Shown here: one piece after another, positions 30,018 to 40,197 of the stretch
Position numbering within the stretch: the stretch's first letter is position 1
Layout of the letters: every line of letters starts with the position of its first letter
NCBI GenBank assembly: GCA_035299385.1
Contig: DATGWQ010000130.1
Location: 1,093-65,092, forward strand
Origin: Bacteroidales bacterium
Lineage (GTDB): Bacteria; Bacteroidota; Bacteroidia; Bacteroidales; VadinHA17
Length of the DNA: 64,000 nt
Reading direction: 5' to 3'
The notes under the pieces: generated by a model
Database searches by the model: none
Told to the model about the DNA's origin: nothing
Seen by the model: the letters and a program-made list of their open reading frames with translations, nothing else
Translations under genes and position numbers: made by a program

Positions 30018-31016
30018 TTAGCGGTATCTCTCTATGAAAGCAGAAATTGAAGATGCAAATTCAGAAGGATTGTCAACCTGCGGAGAATGAGCGGACCCCT
30101 GAACAGTTATTATCTTTTTATCTGCTGAATCTGTGGCGATCTGATCATATGCATAGCGTGAAAGCGGGAGGGGAAGGATGCCGTCTTCTTTACCCCATAT
30201 TATGAGGCTGGGGATGTGAATATTATTGAGCTGAGGCGTGAAGTCGATCCCGTCAGCCATAGTCTGATCAACATGATTACTGTAGACAGCAAGCGAAAAA
30301 GGGGAGCTGAAGACAAGCCTGGCGAGGGGATAATTCGCTGAATTCTTCTCATCTCCGCCAAGAGCTGAAACATACAGATATGGCTCTTCATCTGAGTATA
30401 CAGGTAAAGGGTTTTCATTGTACCAGTCTATGATAAACTGCCAGAACGGCGGATCATCAGAATAATGTTCAGGAACACGCTCCAATATCCATTTCCTGAT
30501 CTCTGCTTCTTCAATATCGTCCCTTACGGAACCGTCGACATCGATCCACCCACTAAATGCAGACTGGTTGTCGTCCGAACCAAGATAGGCTGCTGAAAGG
30601 CCACCTCCCCATGAATGACCGAGCATGAATAGCTTTGCTGAGGGATACTTCGATCTCGCAAGCTGCACAATCTTCGATACATCATCTATAAACTGACCTA
30701 TCGTAAGCGTTGACTTATCAGGATTCCCCTGTGAAAGGCCTGAGTACCTCTGGTCCCAGTACAGAACTGCATAGTTTTTTTCCAGTTGCCTGAAGCCTTC
30801 AGATAACAGGAGTGTATGACCTGACCCTCCGGGACCTCCATGGACGGTGACAAGAATAATTCCCGAGCTCAGATTACCCCGAATCCACACTGGCAGCACG
30901 GCTCCATTATTCTTCAGGAAAAAATATTCGCCGTCATTCAGGAACTCTGATTTTTCACAGGCTGAAAAACATAAAAGCAGACCCAAGAGGAGAAAAATGC
31001 TAATTGTCTTTGACAT
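30018..31016 (-). CDS. Alpha/beta hydrolase, lipoprotein
   Basis: 332 aa. Lipobox LCFSACE, HGGPGGSG oxyanion region, nucleophile elbow GHSWGG. Confidence 0.75.
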   Translation of the reverse strand: MSKTISIFLLLGLLLCFSACEKSEFLNDGEYFFLKNNGAVLPVWIRGNLSSGIILVTVHGGPGGSGHTLLLSEGFRQLEKNYAVLYWDQRYSGLSQGNPDKSTLTIGQFIDDVSKIVQLARSKYPSAKLFMLGHSWGGGLSAAYLGSDDNQSAFSGWIDVDGSVRDDIEEAEIRKWILERVPEHYSDDPPFWQFIIDWYNENPLPVYSDEEPYLYVSALGGDEKNSANYPLARLVFSSPFSLAVYSNHVDQTMADGIDFTPQLNNIHIPSLIIWGKEDGILPLPLSRYAYDQIATDSADKKIITVQGSAHSPQVDNPSEFASSISAFIERYR

Positions 31017-31563
31017 GTTTGTTCAGAGTAAAGGAGAAACCAGCCTGAAGGGCAAAATGCGGAAGTGCAAGATTATTGTAGGGAAGCTGCCAATATATCC
31101 TGGGCCGCAGCCAGAATGCATATTTTCCTGACCTGTATCCTGTTCCCAGGATAACAGAAGGCATGAAATTGAAATTTCCGAATTTTGAGACCCTGACTGC
31201 ATTTCCATTATCATCGATATGCCAGACATCTTCATTGAAAAAATCTGCAATTGTGCCTATACCGAGATATTGTTCTGCAAAAAAATTTTTCCCGAAATAC
31301 TGCCTGAAACCATGATTGATGCCTATGAACCAGGAATCATGATTCCGCGGATGATGATAATATCCCAGTTCAAGAGAGGTGGATATACCTGCTTTACCGG
31401 AAAATACTTTTTCCCTTTCAGCTGAAATTGTGAAACCCGGGTATGTAATTGTTTCACCAAAGTATCCGCCTGAAATTTTCAGGTTTTTCTCCTGCGCATA
31501 AATCTCCCCTGAATGAAAAACAAAAAATATGAGGCTAATTACCAGGACGTTCTTGATAACCAT
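31000..31563 (-). CDS. Hypothetical secreted/outer-membrane protein
   Basis: 187 aa. Signal peptide ending ...IYAQE, Gly/aromatic-rich beta pattern. 17-nt overlap with the downstream hydrolase gene. Confidence 0.5.
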   Translation of the reverse strand: MVIKNVLVISLIFFVFHSGEIYAQEKNLKISGGYFGETITYPGFTISAEREKVFSGKAGISTSLELGYYHHPRNHDSWFIGINHGFRQYFGKNFFAEQYLGIGTIADFFNEDVWHIDDNGNAVRVSKFGNFNFMPSVILGTGYRSGKYAFWLRPRIYWQLPYNNLALPHFALQAGFSFTLNKHVKDN

Positions 31564-31666
31564 TATAAATAGTAAACTGATATAAAAATGAAATATTATT
31601 TGTCACCAGATAAAGAATTTTTTAGCTTCCTGACCTTTACGAACAACAGAAAACAGCGATAAGCTG

Positions 31667-31693
31667 AAAAAAGCCCCGACTTGTGGTCGGGGC
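31667..31693 (-). terminator. Intrinsic terminator of the LysE-family gene
   Basis: 8-bp GC-rich stem gccccgac/gtcggggc with a 5-nt loop, followed on the minus strand by UUUUUU (A-run 31667-31672). Confidence 0.65.
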
Positions 31694-31809
31694 AGCCATG
31701 AAAAGAATGGGAAATTTTTGCTTTTTGGACAGTAAAAAGCAATTGTAAAAATATGTTAAATTTTTAAGATTGTCAACAGGTGTATGCCTTTTTGATGGTA
31801 AAAATCATT

Positions 31810-32451
31810 TCATAGCGCAGGAGATACAAACAGGCTGAGGATTAGAATAACACCAATACAGGTAATTACGAATCCGGCGATCCTGTTTATCATGAAAATG
31901 GTCCTGAGCCTTACTCTCCCTTTGAACCTGCTTATCACCCAGCTCACCGTGGTCCACCATGCCATTGTACCGATAAAAATCCCCGGGATAAGTATGAATG
32001 GCACCATCTCAGCCCTGAGGTCACTTTTTAACGGGAACCCGGTGAGGAAGGCAACAAATATCAGAACTGTATAAGGATTGGTCACTGACATTAAGAACAC
32101 TGACCAGAAATCCCGCCAAAGCGATTTATTTCCATTATCCTTTTTACGGATATCAGCAACAGGATTTGAAAGAAAGATCCTGACGCCAGCAAAGATAATC
32201 ACAATACCGCCGGCAAGGCTTAATATGAATCTCTCTTCACGGATGAAGCTGATTATCATCGTCAGTCCGACCACTGCAATCACAGCCTGGACAAGGTCAG
32301 CAGCGCTCAGTCCCAAACCTGAAAAAAAACCGGACCACAATCCTCTTTTCAAAGTCCTGTTTATCAGGATTATACCGATAGGACCAAGTGGGACCGATAC
32401 TATCAGTCCAAGTATAAAACCTTTAACAAGTATCTGTACTGCTGTAATCAT
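31810..32451 (-). CDS. LysE family amino-acid exporter
   Basis: 213 aa. Six hydrophobic helices. N-terminal GLIVSVPLGPIG pattern typical of the LysE/RhtB family. Confidence 0.8.
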   Translation of the reverse strand: MITAVQILVKGFILGLIVSVPLGPIGIILINRTLKRGLWSGFFSGLGLSAADLVQAVIAVVGLTMIISFIREERFILSLAGGIVIIFAGVRIFLSNPVADIRKKDNGNKSLWRDFWSVFLMSVTNPYTVLIFVAFLTGFPLKSDLRAEMVPFILIPGIFIGTMAWWTTVSWVISRFKGRVRLRTIFMINRIAGFVITCIGVILILSLFVSPAL

Positions 32452-32512
32452 GCATGATTGAAAGAAATCAAAGATAGAAAGTTGATTATAATTATAATAC
32501 TATTTTTGTGCC

Positions 32513-33418
32513 TTGGTGGTTGAAAAGAGAAAATTCTGGCATTGGGCGGTACTTGCTGCCCTCTCCCTCATCTGGGGATCGAGCTATATCCTTATGAAAA
32601 AAGGCCTTCAGTCATTCACCCCCTACCAGATAGGTTCAATAAGAATTCTGATCACATCCGTCTGCCTGCTACCTGTAGCACTGAAAAACATGCACAGGTT
32701 AAACCGGAATAACATTATCTCTGTACTGATAATCGGATATGCCGGAAATGCAATCCCGGCTTTCCTTTACCCTGCAGCCCAGACACATATCAGCAGCTCA
32801 TTGACAGGCATGCTCAATACTCTCAGCCCTGTATTCACACTGCTTTTAGGAATCATGATTTACAGGAGAAAGGCTATAAACAGCCAGATCACAGGTGTTT
32901 TCCTGGGCCTGGCGGGAGCTGCAGGCCTGCTTTATTCCGGTTCATTTTCGATCAACTGGTTCGGATTATTTGTTGTGGCAGCCACAATGCTTAACGGACT
33001 CAGCAACAATGAGGTGAGCAGAACCCGGGGGCTTAATGGTATAAGGATCACGGCTCTTGCCTTCTTCCTTTCACTGCCGCTGGCAATTGCATATCTTCCT
33101 TTTTCTCATATAGGCACAGCTCTTCATTCCCAGGGTGCAGTCCGAAATCTTGGTTACATCACCATCCTTTCTGTTGTGGGAAGCGCCATTGCCCAGGGAT
33201 TGTACTATATGCTCATAAGGGACACTTCGCCGGTATTCGCTTCGGTCGTTACGTACTTTATTCCTGTCGTTTCGACGATGTGGGGAGTGCTCGACGGTGA
33301 GGCATTGTCCGCTTCAATGGCATCGGTGATATTTATTCTTGCGGGAGTATTCTTTATAAACAGGCCCGATTTTTTACTCAGAAAAAAGAAAGCTGAGGTG
33401 CCGGTCAATGTGCCTTAG
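32513..33418 (+). CDS. EamA/DMT family transporter
   Basis: 301 aa, about 10 TM helices in two EamA-like halves. TTG/GTG start. Confidence 0.8.
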   Translation: MVVEKRKFWHWAVLAALSLIWGSSYILMKKGLQSFTPYQIGSIRILITSVCLLPVALKNMHRLNRNNIISVLIIGYAGNAIPAFLYPAAQTHISSSLTGMLNTLSPVFTLLLGIMIYRRKAINSQITGVFLGLAGAAGLLYSGSFSINWFGLFVVAATMLNGLSNNEVSRTRGLNGIRITALAFFLSLPLAIAYLPFSHIGTALHSQGAVRNLGYITILSVVGSAIAQGLYYMLIRDTSPVFASVVTYFIPVVSTMWGVLDGEALSASMASVIFILAGVFFINRPDFLLRKKKAEVPVNVP

Positions 33419-35384
33419 CGTTGAACGCAGCAATCCCTTCATCAAGCCAGGCTTTGTATTCCTCCACGTTAAGGTTTGTGGGCATGGGCTTGTTCAGAGG
33501 ATTTCCTTCATAATCAGTAATGACGTAGAGAGGCATTGAATTGGTTTTGAACTTCGATATTTCAAGATCCTCATTTACCTTTCCGATTGTCTTTTTCACC
33601 TTTCCGTCGACTGAAGAAGTTACCCATTCACTTTCCGGAAGCTGGGTCCTGTCATCCATGTAAAGCGCTATGATGACAAACTCTTCTTTTAACATTCTCA
33701 GCACTTCAGGATCAGACCACACCTTTGCTTCCATCAGCTTGCAGTTGGCGCATGCATGTCCCTTGAAATCGAGAAATACAGGCTTCCCTTTCTCCTTCGC
33801 GCAGGCAAGCCCCTGTTTGTAATCAAAAAATCCTGTCAGTCCAAGGGGCATGTGAAGGAAATCACCATATTTTGGAGCCTGGCATTGTTCACTTGTGGCC
33901 ACAGGACCAGGCTGGCCAGCCGAGGTCTGCACATTTACCGAAACCGGCTTTGAGAGGTCCAGCTCACTGTTACCTGAAGGCATGAATGAAGACAATGCCG
34001 TCAAAGGTGATCCGAAGAGGCCGGGGATCATGTAAACAACAAAGCTGAAAACAGCTATTACCAGGAATAACCTGAATGTTCCGATATGCGGGAGATCGCT
34101 GTCGTGAGAAAATTTGATCTTGCCCATAAGGTATAATCCGAGCAGGCTGAAAAGCACTATCCAGATTGCAAGGAAGACATCACGTGAAATAAAATTCAGG
34201 TTATATACGCTATCGACAGTTACCAGGAACTTCAGGCTGAATGCGAGCATTAAAAAAGCCAGCACAACCTTTATCGAATTCAACCACCCGCCTGATTTTG
34301 GAAGCTTGTTCAGCACTGCCGGGAAAAGTGCAAATATTGTAAAAGGCATAGCGAAGGCCAAACCAAAGGCAAACATGCCCACGGTAGGCCGTAAAACATC
34401 ACCTCTTGCAGCTTCAACCAGAAGTCCACCGACAATAGGTCCGGTGCATGAAAACGAAACAATTACTGTCGTCAGGGCCATGAAGAATGATGCCAGCATG
34501 CCTCCCCTGTCTACTTTTGCATCCGCACTGTTTGCCCATTTGCTTGGCAGGACAAGTTCAAAAGCTCCCAAAAATGAGACTGAAAAAATTACGAACAGCA
34601 GGAAGAATATAATGTTTGGTATCCAGTGTGTGCTTAAGGCATTTGCAAATCCGGCCCCTGCACCGGTAAGGGAAATTATTATGCCGGGTGAAGTGTAGAT
34701 AAGTACTATCGAAAGTCCGAAAATAAGGGCATTCAATATTGCTTTTGACCTGTTCTCAGATCCTCGTGTAAAGAACGCGACGGTCATTGGTATCATGGGA
34801 TACACGCAGGGCGTCAAAACACCAACGAGGCCGAGAATAAAAGACCAGAAAAAGAAAGACAGCAATCCCTTGCTGCTGAGCGTACCTTCCTCATCTCCCG
34901 ATATTAATGATGCGTCCTGCGATTTATTCTCTCCTTTGATGTCTATACTGAACTCCACATCCTTTGGCGGTGAACAGGTCTTATTGTTGCATGCCATATA
35001 ATTCACGGTGCCTGTTACTGTGAATTGAGGCTGTGAACCTGTAATTTTCTGCCTGAATTCAGCTGTATTGCTGAATGTCCGGATATTCATCTCGAAAGCT
35101 TCATCGTAAAGCTCTTCCGGCTTTGTTACCTGGTATGTTTTCCCGATAACGCTGTAGACTGAAGCAGAATCCACACTGAATAACGTGGGTATTGGTCCTC
35201 CTTCAGGTATGTCCATCGCATAAATGTGAGAACCCTCTTCAATATTTGCCCTGAACACGAGCTCATACTGGTTGCCGCCTTTCTTTTCATAACCGAATTC
35301 CCAGGTTACAGGATCGTATATCTGTGAATATGAAAGAGATGCGAAAAGGATGAATACAAAAAAGAGGATGGATCTTCTTACCAT
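33405..35384 (-). CDS. dsbD: Thiol:disulfide interchange protein DsbD-like
   Basis: 659 aa. Central membrane domain with the CVYPMIP motif and a C-terminal thioredoxin-like domain with CANC (CxxC). Confidence 0.85.
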   Translation of the reverse strand: MVRRSILFFVFILFASLSYSQIYDPVTWEFGYEKKGGNQYELVFRANIEEGSHIYAMDIPEGGPIPTLFSVDSASVYSVIGKTYQVTKPEELYDEAFEMNIRTFSNTAEFRQKITGSQPQFTVTGTVNYMACNNKTCSPPKDVEFSIDIKGENKSQDASLISGDEEGTLSSKGLLSFFFWSFILGLVGVLTPCVYPMIPMTVAFFTRGSENRSKAILNALIFGLSIVLIYTSPGIIISLTGAGAGFANALSTHWIPNIIFFLLFVIFSVSFLGAFELVLPSKWANSADAKVDRGGMLASFFMALTTVIVSFSCTGPIVGGLLVEAARGDVLRPTVGMFAFGLAFAMPFTIFALFPAVLNKLPKSGGWLNSIKVVLAFLMLAFSLKFLVTVDSVYNLNFISRDVFLAIWIVLFSLLGLYLMGKIKFSHDSDLPHIGTFRLFLVIAVFSFVVYMIPGLFGSPLTALSSFMPSGNSELDLSKPVSVNVQTSAGQPGPVATSEQCQAPKYGDFLHMPLGLTGFFDYKQGLACAKEKGKPVFLDFKGHACANCKLMEAKVWSDPEVLRMLKEEFVIIALYMDDRTQLPESEWVTSSVDGKVKKTIGKVNEDLEISKFKTNSMPLYVITDYEGNPLNKPMPTNLNVEEYKAWLDEGIAAFNAKAH

Positions 35385-35462
35385 AATTCATTTATTGGGA
35401 GATGCAAAAATAATAAAACAAATATCATCAATAGAATTATCGCGCGAAGTTCAAGTAGTTGT

Positions 35463-37022
35463 TCACGAAAGGTCGATTTCATTTCCGTCCTGGTCGCAGA
35501 AATGGTATTCCAGCATGTAATATGAAGTAACCGGCTGAACCTTGAGACTGATCTTGTGCTTCATATTCCATTTCATCCTGACTGAAATGATGCCTTTGGT
35601 AAGATAAGATGCAATGAAGGGATGGACATTGAGGATCAGCTTTCGTGTTTTTATCTTGTCTACGATGAAGGCAAGGTCTCTTTCAAGCTCGTCCGTGAAC
35701 AGGATTGTGGGTCTGGTTTCACCCGTTCCCTGGCATGAGGGGCATTTTTCGTTTGTAACTATATTCATCTCGGGGCGCACGCGCTGCCTGGTGATCTGCA
35801 TGAGACCGAACTTTGTTACAGGCAAAATATTATGCTTGGTCCTGTCGCCCGACATAACTTCCTTCATCCTGTCAAAAAGCTGCTGTTTGTTCTCATTGGT
35901 CTGCATGTCGATGAAGTCGACAACGATTATGCCGCCCATATCCCTGAGCCTCAGCTGCCTTGCAATTTCGGCAGCTGCTTCAAGGTTAACCTCAAGGGCA
36001 TTCGCTTCCTGGTCATTGCCCGACCGTGAGCGGTTGCCGCTGTTCACATCGATTACATGCAGAGCCTCTGTGTGTTCAATTATAAGGTAAGCCCCGTGCT
36101 TGAATGAGACTGTTTTACCAAACAGGGCTTTTATCTGCTTGTTGACACCGAAATGATCGAAGATGGGCAGGGTACCCTTATAGACCTTGACAATCTTTTC
36201 CTTTTCAGGCGCTATCTCCCTGATGTACGTCCTCACCTCTTCCGCCATGGAAACATCATTGATGTGAATGTTATTGAAAGTAACATTCAGAATGTCGCGC
36301 AGGATTGTGCTGGTCCTGTTCATTTCGCCGATGAACAAACGCGGAGTCTTGGTATCCTTCTTCAGGGTTGAAAATGCTGATTCCCATCTTGCGACAAGCT
36401 CCTTGAGCTCGGCATCGAGTGTTTCCACTTTCTTGCCTTCAGCCACTGTTCTGATGATTACGCCGTAATTCCTGGGCTTTATGCTTTGAACTATGGCTTT
36501 CAGCCGGCTTTTCTCTTCGGAGCTTTCGATTTTTGCAGAGACTGACACCTTGTCGCAATAGGGCATCAGCACAAGATTTCTTCCTGCAATGGAGATTTCC
36601 GAGGCAAGCCTGGGGCCTTTTGTCGAGATTGGTTCCTTGGTGATCTGGACGATAACTGTCTGTCCTGTTGTAAGGACATCAGTTATCTTTCCATCCTTGT
36701 CAATTTCAGCTTCGGGCTTAAACTTGTGTACCGGAGGGACTTTGCCCTGCTTCTGGATGGCAACACTATAATATTTATGCTGTGTCCTGAACTGGGCGCC
36801 AAGGTCAAGATAATGAAGAAAAGCATCCCGTTCATAGCCTACATTAACAAAAGCCGCATTTAGCCCGGGCATGATCTTTTTCACCTTGCCCAGGTAAATA
36901 TCCCCAACCGAGTATCTTACGTTGCGTTTTTCCTTGTTAAGCTCGACAAGCTGCTTATCTTCAAGCAAAGCCAGGGAAACTTCGGAATTTCCAGCATCAA
37001 TGATCAGGTCCTTATTCAACAC
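35463..37022 (-). CDS. rng: Ribonuclease E/G family (RNase G-like)
   Basis: 519 aa. S1 domain GDIYLGKVKKIMPGLNAAFVNVG, catalytic GGIIVVDFIDM, and a Zn-link CPSCQG. Confidence 0.9.
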   Translation of the reverse strand: MLNKDLIIDAGNSEVSLALLEDKQLVELNKEKRNVRYSVGDIYLGKVKKIMPGLNAAFVNVGYERDAFLHYLDLGAQFRTQHKYYSVAIQKQGKVPPVHKFKPEAEIDKDGKITDVLTTGQTVIVQITKEPISTKGPRLASEISIAGRNLVLMPYCDKVSVSAKIESSEEKSRLKAIVQSIKPRNYGVIIRTVAEGKKVETLDAELKELVARWESAFSTLKKDTKTPRLFIGEMNRTSTILRDILNVTFNNIHINDVSMAEEVRTYIREIAPEKEKIVKVYKGTLPIFDHFGVNKQIKALFGKTVSFKHGAYLIIEHTEALHVIDVNSGNRSRSGNDQEANALEVNLEAAAEIARQLRLRDMGGIIVVDFIDMQTNENKQQLFDRMKEVMSGDRTKHNILPVTKFGLMQITRQRVRPEMNIVTNEKCPSCQGTGETRPTILFTDELERDLAFIVDKIKTRKLILNVHPFIASYLTKGIISVRMKWNMKHKISLKVQPVTSYYMLEYHFCDQDGNEIDLS

Positions 37023-37080
37023 TTCACAATATTAATTCCTGAGTTAATTAATATGACTCATCCCACTGACAATTACATAC

Positions 37081-37115
37081 AATAAACCTAAAGACCATCA
37101 GCCTTTAGGTTTATT
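37081..37115 (-). other. 13-bp perfect stem-loop between the bS22-like ORF and rng
   Basis: aataaacctaaag / ctttaggtttatt with a 9-nt loop. No clear U tract, so it may be a processing or attenuation site rather than a terminator. Confidence 0.5.
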
Positions 37116-37143
37116 GCATATTGAAGACCATTAAACTGATCTG

Positions 37144-37233
37144 CTATTTCTTCTTATGTCTGTTCTTCCGCAAACGTTTTTTACGTTTGTGGGTGGCCAT
37201 CTTATGTCTTTTTCTTTTTTTACCGCTTGGCAT
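37144..37233 (-). CDS. 29-aa highly basic protein, bS22-like (AURKAIP1/COX24 family) ribosomal protein candidate
   Basis: Below the ORF-track size cutoff. Manual translation: MPSGKKRKRHKMATHKRKKRLRKNRHKKK*. The ATG is 4 nt after the hup stop. The pattern resembles mycobacterial bS22. Confidence 0.6.
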   Translation of the reverse strand: MPSGKKRKRHKMATHKRKKRLRKNRHKKK

Positions 37234-37237
37234 ATAT

Positions 37238-37525
37238 TTATTTCTTAGCGTGAGATTTAACCTTTGTTACAAATGATTTTGCCGGCTTGAAAGCTGGGAT
37301 ATTGTGAGCTGGTATAATGATAGTAGTGTTCTTTGAAATATTACGTGCAGTTTTCTTAGCTCTTTTCTTGACTATGAAGCTTCCAAAACCCCTGAGAAAA
37401 ACGTTATTTCCTTTTACCATAGAGTCTTTAATACTTTCCATCAGGGCCTCAACAGTCTTCTGAACAGTTACCTTTTCAATACCAGTGCTTTTGGCAATCT
37501 CATTTACAATGTCTGCTTTAGTCAT
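37238..37525 (-). CDS. hup: HU family DNA-binding protein
   Basis: 95 aa. MTKADIVNEIAKSTG... and the arm region ARNISKNTTIIIPA. Confidence 0.9.
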   Translation of the reverse strand: MTKADIVNEIAKSTGIEKVTVQKTVEALMESIKDSMVKGNNVFLRGFGSFIVKKRAKKTARNISKNTTIIIPAHNIPAFKPAKSFVTKVKSHAKK

Positions 37526-37837
37526 CTTAGTGAAGTTTAAAATTCAACAAATTATTTGAGTCATGCATTTTTTTCAACTGTGCAAATATAAAAATATTAT
37601 TCATTCCACAGGGGTAGACAGTAAAAAATAATTTTTTTTTGAGTGTTTATTATTGCCTAAAATACAATGATATAGCTATGGTTAAACGGTGTACATTCAT
37701 TAAACCGGCCCTCCTGAGGGCAAATATTCCCTTTTTATAATAGCCTGATTTCATGATATTTCTGCTGCCGTTGTAAAAAGGTGTTTTTTTGTTACCTTTA
37801 CTTTTCTGTTTTAAGTTACTATTTAATTCATAACTCT

Positions 37838-38326
37838 ATGTCTATCAATAAAGTGATACTGGTCGGCAATGTTGGCAAAGACCCTGTTGTCCGATATTTC
37901 GACAAAGGTGTGGCAAAGGCTACTTTTCCGCTTGCCACAAGCGAAACTTACACAAACCAGAAGGGAGAAACCATAACCTCCACTGAATGGCATAACATAG
38001 TTTTATGGAGAGCTCTCGCTGAAGTTGCTGAGAAGACAATAAAAAAAGGCTCGCAGGCCTATATTGTCGGAAAGATCCAAACAAGATCCTACGTTGACAA
38101 AGAAGGTGTGAATAAGTATATAACTGAAATAGTTGCGGATACACTTCTTCCGCTTGAAAAGAAACAGCAGCCTGGTGCGACCGGCACACAATCCCAGACC
38201 ATAAGTAACAGTACCGCAAAATCCCAAGCCAGCCCGGCGATCAATGAGCCCGCTCCCGGATATGGGAATGACATTCCTGAAGATGTGCCGGGCAATGCGC
38301 AAACAGAGGACGATCTGCCCTTTTAG
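37838..38326 (+). CDS. ssb: Single-stranded DNA-binding protein
   Basis: MSINKVILVGNVGKDP OB-fold N-terminus and acidic tail ending DDLPF. Start moved to the internal ATG. Confidence 0.95.
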   Translation: MSINKVILVGNVGKDPVVRYFDKGVAKATFPLATSETYTNQKGETITSTEWHNIVLWRALAEVAEKTIKKGSQAYIVGKIQTRSYVDKEGVNKYITEIVADTLLPLEKKQQPGATGTQSQTISNSTAKSQASPAINEPAPGYGNDIPEDVPGNAQTEDDLPF

Positions 38327-38343
38327 TCTTTAACTGAATTCAA

Positions 38344-39612
38344 TTGGACGCTGAACATCAATTCTCGTTATTGTCATTCGTTGCTGCAGGCGTGATATTT
38401 GAAATCATAATCCTGGCAATTCTGCTCGTTCTTTCAGGCCTGATATCTGCTTCTGAATCTGCCATCATCTTACTCACCGACGATGAATCCGTAAAACTCA
38501 GGTATGGCGGGAGCAGGAAATCAGAAATAATATCAAGGCTTCTCGAAAAGAGGGCCTTGCTAACAGTATGCCTGGCCGTCACCAGGAACATTCTCAATGT
38601 TATTATCGTATGCATGGCAGCTGTTATTGCCGTCAGCATCTTTTCAGGTAATATTGCGGGAATAACCCTCAGCATGACTTTTATACTGCTGATCCTGCTT
38701 TCGTGCGATATCTTATCCAGAATTTATATCGTACCAAGGCATGTTCAGTTTATAGGGGCAATGTACCATCCATTGTATTTTCTGCTTGGACTTTTCCAGC
38801 CGCTCGCATCCCATATAACAGGAAGCAAAAAATTATTTACGGGAAATGAGTCAGATAATTTGAAATCTTCTTCTAAGATCATCGAAGAGGAAACAATAAT
38901 AAAAGGGATCGCCAATTTTGGCAATACAAATGTCAGCGCTATCATGTGCCCGAGGATAGACGTTACCGCCGTTGATATTAAATGGGGATTTGACAGGATC
39001 ATACCTGTGATTATCAATTCAGGTTTTTCACGTATTCCTGTGTACTCAGGGTCATTTGATACTGTCAGGGGCATCCTGTATGCAAAAGACGTCCTCCCCT
39101 ATTCAAATTACCCGGCCAGCTTCAAATGGCAATCACTGCTCCGCCCTCCTTACTTTGTACCGGAAACGAAGAAGATAAATGAGCTGCTTAACGATTTCCA
39201 GCTGAGGAAAATCCACATGGCTGTCGTGATAGATGAATATGGAGGAACTTCCGGTATTGTGACACTTGAAGACATATTGGAGGAGATAGTCGGTGAGATA
39301 ACCGATGAAAATGATGAGGAAATCACATTATTCCGCAGAATCGATGAAACACATTATATATTCGAAGGCAAAATACTGCTCCATGACTTCTGTAAAATCC
39401 TTGGCATTGAAGAAGACATATACGATCCGGTGAGAGGCGAATCGGAAACGCTTGCAGGCCTTATGCTTGAGCTTGCGGGTGAAATTCCACAGAAAGACCA
39501 GGTCATTAACTTTCATAATTTCATGTTCAGGATCGAATCTGTGGACAGGAGAAGGATAAAGGAGATTCTTGTGGAAATTACTAAGAAAGATGAAAAGCCC
39601 GAAGAGATCTGA
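38344..39612 (+). CDS. gldE: Gliding motility-associated protein GldE (CNNM/DUF21-CBS-CorC family)
   Basis: 422 aa. N-terminal DUF21 TM domain, CBS pair and CorC_HlyC C-terminus. Conserved ssb-gldE-gldD order. TTG start is uncertain. Confidence 0.8.
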   Translation: MDAEHQFSLLSFVAAGVIFEIIILAILLVLSGLISASESAIILLTDDESVKLRYGGSRKSEIISRLLEKRALLTVCLAVTRNILNVIIVCMAAVIAVSIFSGNIAGITLSMTFILLILLSCDILSRIYIVPRHVQFIGAMYHPLYFLLGLFQPLASHITGSKKLFTGNESDNLKSSSKIIEEETIIKGIANFGNTNVSAIMCPRIDVTAVDIKWGFDRIIPVIINSGFSRIPVYSGSFDTVRGILYAKDVLPYSNYPASFKWQSLLRPPYFVPETKKINELLNDFQLRKIHMAVVIDEYGGTSGIVTLEDILEEIVGEITDENDEEITLFRRIDETHYIFEGKILLHDFCKILGIEEDIYDPVRGESETLAGLMLELAGEIPQKDQVINFHNFMFRIESVDRRRIKEILVEITKKDEKPEEI

Positions 39613-40189
39613 ATTCCTCCTTATTTTGATGCTGCCGGTTTTCATGACAGCATGCAGTAAAGCTCCGGTGCCGAAACCAAGGGGGTACTTCAGGATTGAT
39701 TTCCCTGAAAAGAAATATGCAAGGTTTGATGGTCAGAATGGTGTTCAGGATATGCCATGCTCATTTGATTATCCGGTATATGGCATCATCTCGCCTTCCG
39801 GTGAAAGGAACGGCAATGAAGGCTGGTTCAATATAGATTTCCCGGCATACCGTGCAAGAATATACCTGACTTACAGGTATATACATAACGATTTTGCCAG
39901 CCTGATGGAACAAACTTACAGGCTGAACGTTAAGAATCATATTGCGAAAGCAGATGCAATAAATGAACAGGCCATAACCAACAATGACCGGCAAGTTTAC
40001 GGTATGCTCTACGATCTTGCGGGAAACACCGCAACTTCGGTTCAGTTCTATGCTACCGACAGCACCAGGCATTATCTCAGGGGATCACTTTATTTTTCTG
40101 CTGAGCCAAATTCTGATTCGCTTGCACCTGTTATAAAATTTTTCAGGGAAGACATTGTTCATCTTATGGAAACGCTGGACTGGAAATAG
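39590..40189 (+). CDS. gldD: Gliding motility lipoprotein GldD
   Basis: Lipobox FMTACSK. Close resemblance to Flavobacterium GldD as recalled (PKPRGYFRIDFPEKKY, VYGMLYDLAGN, QFYATDS, DIVHLMETLDWK). Overlaps the gldE 3' end by 23 nt. Confidence 0.88.
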   Translation: MKSPKRSEFLLILMLPVFMTACSKAPVPKPRGYFRIDFPEKKYARFDGQNGVQDMPCSFDYPVYGIISPSGERNGNEGWFNIDFPAYRARIYLTYRYIHNDFASLMEQTYRLNVKNHIAKADAINEQAITNNDRQVYGMLYDLAGNTATSVQFYATDSTRHYLRGSLYFSAEPNSDSLAPVIKFFREDIVHLMETLDWK

Positions 40190-40197
40190 TATCATTG

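Noticed and set aside
34114-34698. 194-aa plus-strand ORF inside dsbD
   Set aside because: It is antisense to a well-supported DsbD-like gene. The composition (S/T/R/K/A-rich) is typical of an antisense frame through a membrane-protein gene.
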